This document shows, one piece after another, positions 9,719-17,850 of a stretch of 64,000 nucleotides of DNA; position 1 is the first letter of the stretch, and each line of letters opens with the position of its first letter. The position numbers and the translations under genes are program-made. Source of the DNA: Myxococcales bacterium (GTDB lineage Bacteria > Desulfobacterota > Binatia > HRBIN30). The notes below the pieces were generated by a model. The model was not told the origin of the DNA, made no database searches, and saw nothing but the letters and a program-made list of their open reading frames with translations. The stretch is from contig JBBILD010000007.1 in the NCBI GenBank assembly GCA_037445065.1, positions 1 to 64,000 on the forward strand. The letters are read 5' to 3'.

Positions 9719-11411
9719 GGCCGTTTCGCAGCACGCGGCCCGGACGCGCGCCGGTGTCTGCCCCGTCCTCCACAATTGCCGTGCCGTTCACGAACACATA
9801 CGGCACGCCGGCGGCGCGCTGCACGAGCCGCTTGGCTCCGCCCGGCAAATCCGCCCACAGCTCGGTGCGCATCGGTCCGACACTGGCCGGATCGAACAGC
9901 ACCAGATCGGCAGCAGCACCAGGCCGAATACACCCGCGATCCTCCAGGCCATACCAGCGCGCCGGCACCGAGGTGAGAAGGCGCACGGCTTCCTCCCAAC
10001 CCAGCACACCCCGCTCGCGCACCCAATGGCCGAGCAGGTGCGTGGCAAAGCCTTGGTCAGCAAGCGTGTCCACATGCGCGCCCGCATCGGAAAGCGCCAG
10101 CAAGCCGGCCGGGTGCCGGAGCAAGGCCGCCACCTCCCGCTCGTCGGTGTTCATGATGGGGATTCCCCATTGGGGCAAAAGGTCTGCCTCCAGCGAGAGG
10201 TCGAGCAGGGTGTCCACTTCGTCCGCGCCACGCTGCTGGGCGATGGCTGCAACCGGAAGATCGAGCCACGCCTGATGCTGCGGCGCCGGCGACCAGCGCA
10301 AGAAGATGTCGTTCCAACTCGGGCCGAGTGCCGCAACCCAGCCGCCGGCCGCCGACATCGAGCGCAACTGCTCACGAAACTGCGCGCTTGCCAGCAGTTG
10401 CTCGCGTTCCGCCCGCGGCTTTTCCAGGATCGGCCGCCAAAACGGATTGTTCCCAGTGGCGATGCCAGCGGCAGCGAAGTTGATGCGCACCTCGAGTGGC
10501 CGGCAACCCACTTGCGGCACCACCGCGATGCCCCGTTTCTGAAAAGTTGCGGCTTCCTCGATCACGCGCAACGACCCCCCGGGCTCGAACGGGTTTTGCA
10601 GCAACGGGGCCCAACTCACCGTTGCCCGGCTCTTGCCTGCCAGTTCGGCATAAAAGGCCTGATCGGCGATCTTGTCGTCGGCCGTGCCCAGCAAGTGCTG
10701 GGGGGCAATTTCGACCACCCGGCCTGGAAATTCCCCCATCGCCTCGGCCAGCATCAGGAATTCTTGCCGGCCAGCGACGCGGCTCGGCACAGCCGTGCCG
10801 TCGGCAAAAAAGTGGGTGGGGGACTCGGAAGACGAGAAACCCCAAGCGCCCGCCGCCATCGCCTGCCTTAGGAGAGCGCGCATGCGCTCGAGTTCGGCCT
10901 CGCTTGCCGGGCGTTCCACGGCCTCCGTACCCATCACGTAAAAACGCAGCGCCGAGTAACCGAGGAACACTCCCACGTTCAGCGCCGGTCGCCAGCGCTC
11001 CAGGGTGTCGAGGTACTCGGGGAACGACTCCCACTCCCAGCGAATCCCGGCCGCCAGCGCTTCGGTGGGCATCCCCTCCACATAGAGCAGCATACGCATG
11101 AGGAGTTCCCGGTGCTCGGCGCGGCAAGGAGCGATGGTGAAGCCGCAGTTGCCCAGGATCACCGTGGTCACCCCGTGCCAGTTGGAAGGGGTCAAAAACG
11201 GATCCCACGACACCTGGCAGTCGTAGTGGGTGTGGACGTCAATGAAGCCCGGCGCCAGCAACAAGCCATCGGCATGGACCGTGCGCCGCGCCGGCTCCTC
11301 CACGCGGCCCACTTCCACCACTCGCCCGTCACGCACCCCCACATCACCGCGAAAGCGCGGGTTGCCCGTTCCGTCGCAAATCTCGGCACCGCGGATCCCT
11401 AGGTCGAGCAT
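9699..11411 (-). CDS. N-acyl-D-amino-acid deacylase family amidohydrolase
   Basis: ICDGTG, PGFIDVHTHYD, HGVTTVILGNCG, SDAGAH, ADLVLFDP. Confidence 0.92.
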   Translation of the reverse strand: MLDLGIRGAEICDGTGNPRFRGDVGVRDGRVVEVGRVEEPARRTVHADGLLLAPGFIDVHTHYDCQVSWDPFLTPSNWHGVTTVILGNCGFTIAPCRAEHRELLMRMLLYVEGMPTEALAAGIRWEWESFPEYLDTLERWRPALNVGVFLGYSALRFYVMGTEAVERPASEAELERMRALLRQAMAAGAWGFSSSESPTHFFADGTAVPSRVAGRQEFLMLAEAMGEFPGRVVEIAPQHLLGTADDKIADQAFYAELAGKSRATVSWAPLLQNPFEPGGSLRVIEEAATFQKRGIAVVPQVGCRPLEVRINFAAAGIATGNNPFWRPILEKPRAEREQLLASAQFREQLRSMSAAGGWVAALGPSWNDIFLRWSPAPQHQAWLDLPVAAIAQQRGADEVDTLLDLSLEADLLPQWGIPIMNTDEREVAALLRHPAGLLALSDAGAHVDTLADQGFATHLLGHWVRERGVLGWEEAVRLLTSVPARWYGLEDRGCIRPGAAADLVLFDPASVGPMRTELWADLPGGAKRLVQRAAGVPYVFVNGTAIVEDGADTGARPGRVLRNGRGRTSD

Positions 11412-11522
11412 GGCCGCTTCTTTATCCGAGGACGGCCGCGCCCGCCAAGAGGGAATCGCTGCCTTGGCGGCTTGCCTCGGGTGCTGTCACTCCGGCATGA
11501 AGGCAGCGAGAAAGGAATCGCG

Positions 11523-13760
11523 ATGGAAAGCAAATTCCGTATTTGCCCGCTGTGCGAGGCCACCTGTGGTTTGCGCATCGAAGTGGAGGGCCGGCAAGTG
11601 GCCCGCATCCGCGGCGATCAAGAGGATGTGTTCAGCCACGGCTTTCTTTGCCCCAAGGCGGCAGCGCTCGCGGAACTGGACGCCGACCCGGACCGCCTGC
11701 GCAGCCCCCTCCTCCGCACCGAGCAAGGTTGGAACGCGGTCGAGTGGAGCGAGGCTTGGCGCCGCATCGAAGCCGGCCTGCTCCCCGTGCTCGAGCGCTA
11801 CGGCGCGGATGCCGTCGGCGTCTACCTCGGCAACCCGACCGTGCACAACCTGTCGCTTTCGCTGTACGCGCGCGTCTTCCTGCGTGCGCTACGCACCCGC
11901 AACCTGTTTTCGGCAAGCACCGTTGACCAAATGCCAAAGCAAGTCGCCGCCGGCCTGATGTTCGGTTCTTGGACCACCATCCCGATTCCCGACATCGAGC
12001 GCACCGATCTGCTGGTGCTGCTCGGAGCCAACCCGTTCGAGTCCAACGGCAGCCTGTGGACGGTGCCGGACTTCCCGGGCCGCTTGCGGCGCTTGCATGC
12101 GCGCGGTGGGCGCTCGATCGTGCTCGACCCGCGCCGCACGCGCACCGCCGCTGCGGCCAGCGAACACATCGCGCTGCGCCCGGGCAGCGATGCCTTCCTG
12201 CTCTTTGCCCTGGTGCACGTGTGGTTTGCCGAGGGGCTCGTGCGCCTCGGTCGCGCCGCTCCGTACGTTTCCGGCGTGGAAGAAGTGGAACGGGCGGCGC
12301 GACCGTTTTCGCCAGAGGCTGTAGCCCAACGGTGCGGCGTCGAGGCGGAGCGTATCCGCGGCTTGGCACGCGAGCTGGCCCGCACGCCGCGGGCAGTCGT
12401 CTACGGGCGCATCGGAACCTGCACCCAGCGCTTCGGCACACTGGCGAGTTGGCTCGTGGACGTATGCAACATCCTCACCGGGCACCTCGATGAGCCGGGC
12501 GGAGCGATGTTTCCTAAGGCACCGGCGTTTGCCGCCAACACCATGGGCTCCCCAGGGCAAGGGAAGGGTGTGCGCTTGGGCCGGCGGAGGAGTCGCGTGC
12601 GCGGGGCGCCAGAGGTAGCGGGGGAGTTTCCGGTCGCTTGCCTCGCCGAGGAGATCGAAACCCCGGGTGAGGGGCAGATCCGCGCCTTGATCACGATTGC
12701 CGGCAATCCAGTCCTCAGCACGCCGAACGGGGCACGGCTCGCGCGCGCTCTGCAGCAGCTCGATTTCATGTTGAGCCTCGATCTTTACCGCAACGAAACC
12801 ACCCGCTTTGCACACGTAATCTTGCCTGGTCTCTCGCCGCTCGAAACGAGCCACTACGACACTGCCTTCCCGCTCTTTGCCTACCGCAACGCCGCCCGGT
12901 ACTCGCCCCGCGTGTTCGCGCCTCCCCCTGGTGCGGAGGAGGAGTGGCGAACGCTGCTGCGCCTCACAGCTTTGGTTTCGGGGCAAGGAATCGAGGCCGA
13001 TCTCGACGCGCTCGACGATTTCGTGGCCCTGCAACTGCTCCAAAACTCGGTGGCCGATTCAGCTTCTCCGGTGTACGGGCAGGACGCCGCTGCGCTGCTT
13101 GCACGCCTGGCACCGCGCCGTGGTCCGGAGCGCCTGCTCGACATTGCACTGCGGGTAGGTCCTTACGGCGACGGCTTCGGCAGCCGGCCAGGGGGATTGT
13201 CGCTCACGGTCCTCGAGCAAAACCCGCATGGGGTGGATCTCGGACCGCTCGAACCCCGCCTGCCCGAGGTGCTGCGCACCCCGTCTGGAAACATCGAGCT
13301 AGTGCCGGCCGAAATCCTCGCCGACGCCGAACGACTGCAGGCGGCGCTCGCCGAAGAGCCCGCACGCTTCGTGCTGGTGGGCCGCCGCCACCTGCGCTCG
13401 AACAACTCCTGGATGCACAACCTGCCCAAGCTCAACGGCGGCCGCTTCCGCTGCACCTTGGAGGTACATCCGGAGGACGCGCGGGCGCTCGGCTTGGCCG
13501 ACGGTGCGATCGCCGAAGTGCGCAGAAACGGGCGCTCCGTGGGCGTGATCGTGGAGCACAACGATGCCTTGCGCCCAGGAGTCGTGAGCCTGCCGCACGG
13601 GTGGGGCCACGAGGGTGAAGGCATTGCCTTGCGGGTGGCGAGCCAGCAGCCAGGGGTCAACTACAACTTGCTTGTGGACGAAAACGAGACCGAGCCGCTT
13701 TCCGGCACGGCCATTCTGAGCGGCTTCGCAGTCGAGCTGCGCGCCGCTCCGAGCGCTTAG
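11523..13760 (+). CDS. Molybdopterin (bis-MGD) oxidoreductase with N-terminal 4Fe-4S motif
   Basis: CPLCEATCG...GFLCPK, GANPFESNGS, AGNPVLSTPN, RRHLRSNNSWMHN, VSLPHGWG; SD AAGGA before ATG 11523; no Tat signal seen. Confidence 0.92.
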   Translation: MESKFRICPLCEATCGLRIEVEGRQVARIRGDQEDVFSHGFLCPKAAALAELDADPDRLRSPLLRTEQGWNAVEWSEAWRRIEAGLLPVLERYGADAVGVYLGNPTVHNLSLSLYARVFLRALRTRNLFSASTVDQMPKQVAAGLMFGSWTTIPIPDIERTDLLVLLGANPFESNGSLWTVPDFPGRLRRLHARGGRSIVLDPRRTRTAAAASEHIALRPGSDAFLLFALVHVWFAEGLVRLGRAAPYVSGVEEVERAARPFSPEAVAQRCGVEAERIRGLARELARTPRAVVYGRIGTCTQRFGTLASWLVDVCNILTGHLDEPGGAMFPKAPAFAANTMGSPGQGKGVRLGRRRSRVRGAPEVAGEFPVACLAEEIETPGEGQIRALITIAGNPVLSTPNGARLARALQQLDFMLSLDLYRNETTRFAHVILPGLSPLETSHYDTAFPLFAYRNAARYSPRVFAPPPGAEEEWRTLLRLTALVSGQGIEADLDALDDFVALQLLQNSVADSASPVYGQDAAALLARLAPRRGPERLLDIALRVGPYGDGFGSRPGGLSLTVLEQNPHGVDLGPLEPRLPEVLRTPSGNIELVPAEILADAERLQAALAEEPARFVLVGRRHLRSNNSWMHNLPKLNGGRFRCTLEVHPEDARALGLADGAIAEVRRNGRSVGVIVEHNDALRPGVVSLPHGWGHEGEGIALRVASQQPGVNYNLLVDENETEPLSGTAILSGFAVELRAAPSA

Positions 13761-13913
13761 TCCACCCGTGCCCTGTGCGGCAAAACGCGCGCGGAGCATG
13801 CCGGCGGGCAGCCAAGAAAAGCGCGGCCCCGCCAGCCAACCCGGGCGAAGGAGGAAAACTGCACGGCAGCCGCTCCGTCGGGCTTCGCCGCAACAACCCT
13901 AGGAGAGTGAACC

Positions 13914-14828
13914 ATGCAAGAGTTTCACACCATCCTCTATCGCGTAGATGGGCCGCTGGCCCGCATTACCTTGAACCGCCCACAACGCCTCAATGCAATC
14001 GATCGCACCATGCCGGGAGAACTCGAGGCAGCAGTGGCGCGCGCGAACCAGGATCCCGCCGTGCGCGTGCTCGTCCTGCGCGGCGCGGGACGGGCGTTTT
14101 GTGCGGGCTACGATCTCGAATGGGCCACGCGGGCGGAGGCCGAAGTACAGCAGGCGAGCGGTGGCATCTGGGATCCTGTGCGCGACTTGCACATGATGAG
14201 CGAAAATGTGCGCGCCTTCATGTCGCTGTGGCGGAGCCCGAAGCCGGTGGTGGCCGCAGTGCACGGCTACTGCGTGGGCGGGGGCACGGACTTGGCCTTG
14301 TGCGCGGATCAGATCGTCGCCGCCGAAGATGCGCGCCTCGGCTACCCACCCGCACGCGTGTGGGGGGTGCCGACCACCGCGCTGTGGCTCTACCGAGTGG
14401 GAATCGAACGGGCCAAGCGCCTGCTGCTCACCGGCGATGCTGTGGACGGCAAAACCGCAGAACAAATCGGCCTCGTGGGTAAAGCGGTGCCGGCCGATCG
14501 GTTGGACGAAGAGGTGGATCGCCTCGCGCGCCGCATCGCGCAGCTTCCCAGCAATCAACTGGCGATGCTCAAGTTGCTGGTCAACCAAACCTTCGAGAAC
14601 ATGGGGCTCGCCACCACCCAGCTCCTCGGCACTCTGTTCGACGGCATCGCCCGCCACACACCCGAGGCGATTGCTTGGCGCGATCTCGCCTTGCAGAAGG
14701 GCTTCCGCCCCGCGGTGCGCGAGCGCGACCGCCCATTCGGCGACTATGGCGAGGAGGACGGGGCCCAGGGCTCGGCGCGCAAGCGCACCGGCACCTCGAA
14801 GCGCCGCAAAGCGCGCTCCTCTCGCTAG
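13914..14828 (+). CDS. Enoyl-CoA hydratase/crotonase family protein
   Basis: ITLNRPQRLNAI, FCAGYDL, VHGYCVGGG; SD AGGAG. Confidence 0.92.
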   Translation: MQEFHTILYRVDGPLARITLNRPQRLNAIDRTMPGELEAAVARANQDPAVRVLVLRGAGRAFCAGYDLEWATRAEAEVQQASGGIWDPVRDLHMMSENVRAFMSLWRSPKPVVAAVHGYCVGGGTDLALCADQIVAAEDARLGYPPARVWGVPTTALWLYRVGIERAKRLLLTGDAVDGKTAEQIGLVGKAVPADRLDEEVDRLARRIAQLPSNQLAMLKLLVNQTFENMGLATTQLLGTLFDGIARHTPEAIAWRDLALQKGFRPAVRERDRPFGDYGEEDGAQGSARKRTGTSKRRKARSSR

Positions 14829-14961
14829 CGGGCCCGCCACCGCAACGGCCCGCGCCAAGAGCCTCCCCGTGGGTGCAGAGCCTTGCCGCACGCACACGGC
14901 GGGCGGGGCCCCCATCGGGGCGCAAATCATCGCAACCGTACTTCCCCAAGGGAGAAGAAAG

Positions 14962-15034
14962 TGAGCCGTGCTGGATTCGAACCAGCGACCCCCTGCTTAA
15001 AAGGCAGGTGCTCTGCCGGCTGAGCTAACGGCTC
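14962..15034 (-). tRNA. tRNA-Lys (UUU), CCA not encoded
   Basis: Reverse complement GAGCCGTTAGCTCAGCCGGCAGAGCACCTGCCTTTTAAGCAGGGGGTCGCTGGTTCGAATCCAGCACGGCTCA: acceptor stem GAGCCGT/ACGGCTC, anticodon loop CTTTTAA, T-loop TTCGAAT. Confidence 0.97.
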
Positions 15035-15095
15035 GTACGAGCAGCGCGGCTGGCTAACATCGCTCTGCCGCCGCTGCAAGCAGCGACGGCAGAGG

Positions 15096-16223
15096 TCAGG
15101 AATGAAGGTCCGCCGGCCGCGGCGGGCTCAGCGCTGCGAACCCATCTACATCGAGCACGTGCTGCACGTGGCGGCGCAGCAAGGTCAAAAAGATCTCGTC
15201 GCTGCGCTCCGTACGCTTCACCAACACCGCCGCGACCACCACCATCGCGACCCCAAAAAAGGAAGCGAGCCGGTAACTCTCCCACAGGGGCGGCAAATAA
15301 ATAAAGTGGCCCAGATAGCTTTCCAGGAAATGGCGGTACATCGCCAACAGGCGGCTCTCCCATTGCTGGCGGATCTGCATCCGCAACCCCCCACCGATCA
15401 AGTAGGCAACATCAATGGCCGGTGGACCCCAATGCGCGGTCTGCCAATCCACCACCCACGCCACCGGCCGGCGGGGCTTGGAGTTGTCGAAGAGCAAATT
15501 GTCCGGCCGGTACTCGCCATGGACCAGTGCGAATGGCGGCTTCTGGAGCGAGACCCACTCCGCGAAGCGAGGGACGAATTCCCTGATCAAGCGGGGGGCG
15601 GGCGGAGTCAAGGCCGACTCGTAACGGGCCAGAAACTCAGCAGCCGCCCCGGCAAAAAACTCCGCTTGTTGTTCTACCCGCTCGCGGCTGGGTTGCGGCA
15701 ATTTTGGAAGCCACTCCTCATTCTCCCGTCCCCACGTTGCAGCATGGATCTCGGCAATCGTCTTCAGGGCGGCCGCGGCCTCGTACAACGATAAGCCGCG
15801 CAACTGGTCACCAGGGTAACACCGCGAAAGTTCTTCCAGGATCAGTACGAAGTCCCCTGACTTGGAATCGAAGTAAGCGAACCAGCAGGCGGGGATTTTC
15901 CACCCTTTGTGTCGATTCTCTAACGCGCGGTAGAAGTTCACCTCGGTGCGGTAGCTGCCGAGCGCGAGCGCGGTGGCGCGGTTGGCGCGGTCGCTTGCTG
16001 GGAACTTGCAGAACAGCGAGAGGGGGCCGCAGGGGCCGTCGTCTTTGTACCCCAGATTCAACCGCACGTTGAGGCCCAGTTGCCCGTCGCCGATTTGTTC
16101 CCATCGGAACGACTGGACCGCAGCGCAATCCGGCTCTTTGCGGCGCACGATGCGGGTGAGCCACGAAGGGGAGATTTTCTCCGGCGCCCGCGGGACCACC
16201 GAGCGCCACCTTGCCAGCCTCAT
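15096..16223 (-). CDS. APH/choline-kinase-like phosphotransferase (ecdysteroid 22-kinase/DUF1679-like)
   Basis: IGDGQLG, YRTEVNFY, LILEEL, HGEYRPDNLLF, VDWQ, DVAYL; ATGA overlap with GH1 stop. Confidence 0.85.
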   Translation of the reverse strand: MRLARWRSVVPRAPEKISPSWLTRIVRRKEPDCAAVQSFRWEQIGDGQLGLNVRLNLGYKDDGPCGPLSLFCKFPASDRANRATALALGSYRTEVNFYRALENRHKGWKIPACWFAYFDSKSGDFVLILEELSRCYPGDQLRGLSLYEAAAALKTIAEIHAATWGRENEEWLPKLPQPSRERVEQQAEFFAGAAAEFLARYESALTPPAPRLIREFVPRFAEWVSLQKPPFALVHGEYRPDNLLFDNSKPRRPVAWVVDWQTAHWGPPAIDVAYLIGGGLRMQIRQQWESRLLAMYRHFLESYLGHFIYLPPLWESYRLASFFGVAMVVVAAVLVKRTERSDEIFLTLLRRHVQHVLDVDGFAALSPPRPADLHS

Positions 16224-17497
16224 CGTGCCCACTCCTCGACCAGCGCCTCATCGAAGGATCGCTGCTGGATTAGGTCGCGAAAGAAATACGCACTCGGGCG
16301 CACCCGCCGTTCGAGCGTAGCGCGGTCCACTTCGATCAGGCCGAATTTGGGGCCGTAACCGAAATTCCACTCGAAGTTGTCCATCGCCGACCAGTAAAAG
16401 TACCCGCGAATCGGCAGCCCGCGCGCCAGCAAGCGCTGCACGACCCGCAAGTGATCGGCAATGAAGCGTACCCGCACGCGGTCATCGTCGTGCGCCATGC
16501 CGTTTTCCGTCACCACCACCGGCAAGCCCGTGGCCGCAGCCCGCTCGAGCAGCGGGCCGAATCCCTCCGGATAGACTTCCCAGCCCATCTGGCTGAGGGT
16601 GCGGTCGAAGTCCGGCATGGCCGGGCCGTTCGAATCAGCATCGTAGCGCACGCGCGAGTAGTACTGGACGCCGACGAACGTGGAGGCGGTCTTGAGGCCC
16701 GGGATTTCCACCGGATCGCGGCCCGGGTACGCAAACACGCCCGTGCGCAGGGCTTCGAACATCACCCCGTTGGTTTCTGCGTCGCGCCGCGCGGCAAAGG
16801 CACGGTCTGCCTCGCTCTCGATGCGCAGCGGCTCGTGCGCCTGCACCGCTAAGGTGATGCCGATTTCGGGCTGCCCGCTCGCGTGCGCGCGCAGAGCTTC
16901 GGCCATCTCGGCGTGCAAGCGGAAGAAGTTGGTGAGCACCTCAGCAGCAAGATCGTCGTCGAGCAAGCGCGGCGGGAAGTAGCCGAAGCGATAGCCGAGT
17001 TCGGCCACCACGTTGGGTTCGTTGATCGTGCACCAGTGGGTAACCAAGTCGGAGAACTCGCGCGCCACGCGCTCGGTATGGCGCGCCAGGGCGCGCGCCG
17101 AGTCCATGCGTGTGAACCCGCCCTGGGCAATGAACCAGCGTGGCGACGTGAAGTGGTGGATCGTCACCCATGGCTCGATGCCGTAATCGCGCAGCGTGCC
17201 CAGCACGCGGCGGTAGTGCTCGATGGCGGTGCGGTCAATCCGCCCTGGCTCCGGCTCGATGCGGCTCCATTCCAGGGAGAGACGGTGCGCCGGGTGTCCT
17301 AAGTCGCGCAACAGCCGGAAGTCCTCCGCGAAGCGGTTGAAGTGATCACAAGCGATTCCCGAGGGTTCCACGGCGTTGGTGCCGGCTGCGTGTTCGTGCT
17401 CCCACCAATCGTTGAGCGTGTTGTTGCCCTCCACTTGGTGGGCGGCGGTGGCAGAGCCGAACACAAAGTCACGCGGAAACTCGATGCGGCTCGGCAT
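16220..17497 (-). CDS. Glycoside hydrolase family 1 (beta-glucosidase-like)
   Basis: ATAAHQVEG, WSRIEP, TINEP (acid/base), VTENG (nucleophile), WSAMDNFEW. Confidence 0.95.
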   Translation of the reverse strand: MPSRIEFPRDFVFGSATAAHQVEGNNTLNDWWEHEHAAGTNAVEPSGIACDHFNRFAEDFRLLRDLGHPAHRLSLEWSRIEPEPGRIDRTAIEHYRRVLGTLRDYGIEPWVTIHHFTSPRWFIAQGGFTRMDSARALARHTERVAREFSDLVTHWCTINEPNVVAELGYRFGYFPPRLLDDDLAAEVLTNFFRLHAEMAEALRAHASGQPEIGITLAVQAHEPLRIESEADRAFAARRDAETNGVMFEALRTGVFAYPGRDPVEIPGLKTASTFVGVQYYSRVRYDADSNGPAMPDFDRTLSQMGWEVYPEGFGPLLERAAATGLPVVVTENGMAHDDDRVRVRFIADHLRVVQRLLARGLPIRGYFYWSAMDNFEWNFGYGPKFGLIEVDRATLERRVRPSAYFFRDLIQQRSFDEALVEEWAR

Positions 17498-17730
17498 GGC
17501 TCTTGGCCCCTTTCTCTTGCAAATGTTCGAGCGTCCTTTCCAGAACTCTCAGGGAAAGCGGTTATGGCCCGATCGGCAAAACAGGTCAATCGCCGAGCTT
17601 GTGCCTGCCCGTGGTGCAATTCGGACCGAATGCCCTAATCGGGCCGCGTGCCCCGCACGGTGTGTGACCACGGCGCGCGTGTCCGCGCAACTCCAGCGCG
17701 GTGGGTGTCCATGCAACGTCCCCATACACC

Positions 17731-17758
17731 GCTCGCCGCTCACTGCTCGCCGCTCGCC
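17731..17758. repeat. 4x heptamer tandem array
   Basis: GCTCGCC GCTCACT GCTCGCC GCTCGCC in a divergent intergenic region. Confidence 0.6.
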
Positions 17759-17850
17759 ATGCAACACGCTTACCGCCGTGAATTAGGCAGTGAGGCCGGC
17801 AGAGACGTTGACTGTGTGAGTTCGCTCTGTGATGAAGGCGCTCTGTTGCC

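Noticed and set aside
14962..15034. tRNA-Lys as integration site of a genomic island
   Set aside because: No integrase nearby and I found no duplicate of the tRNA 3' end by eye in the window.
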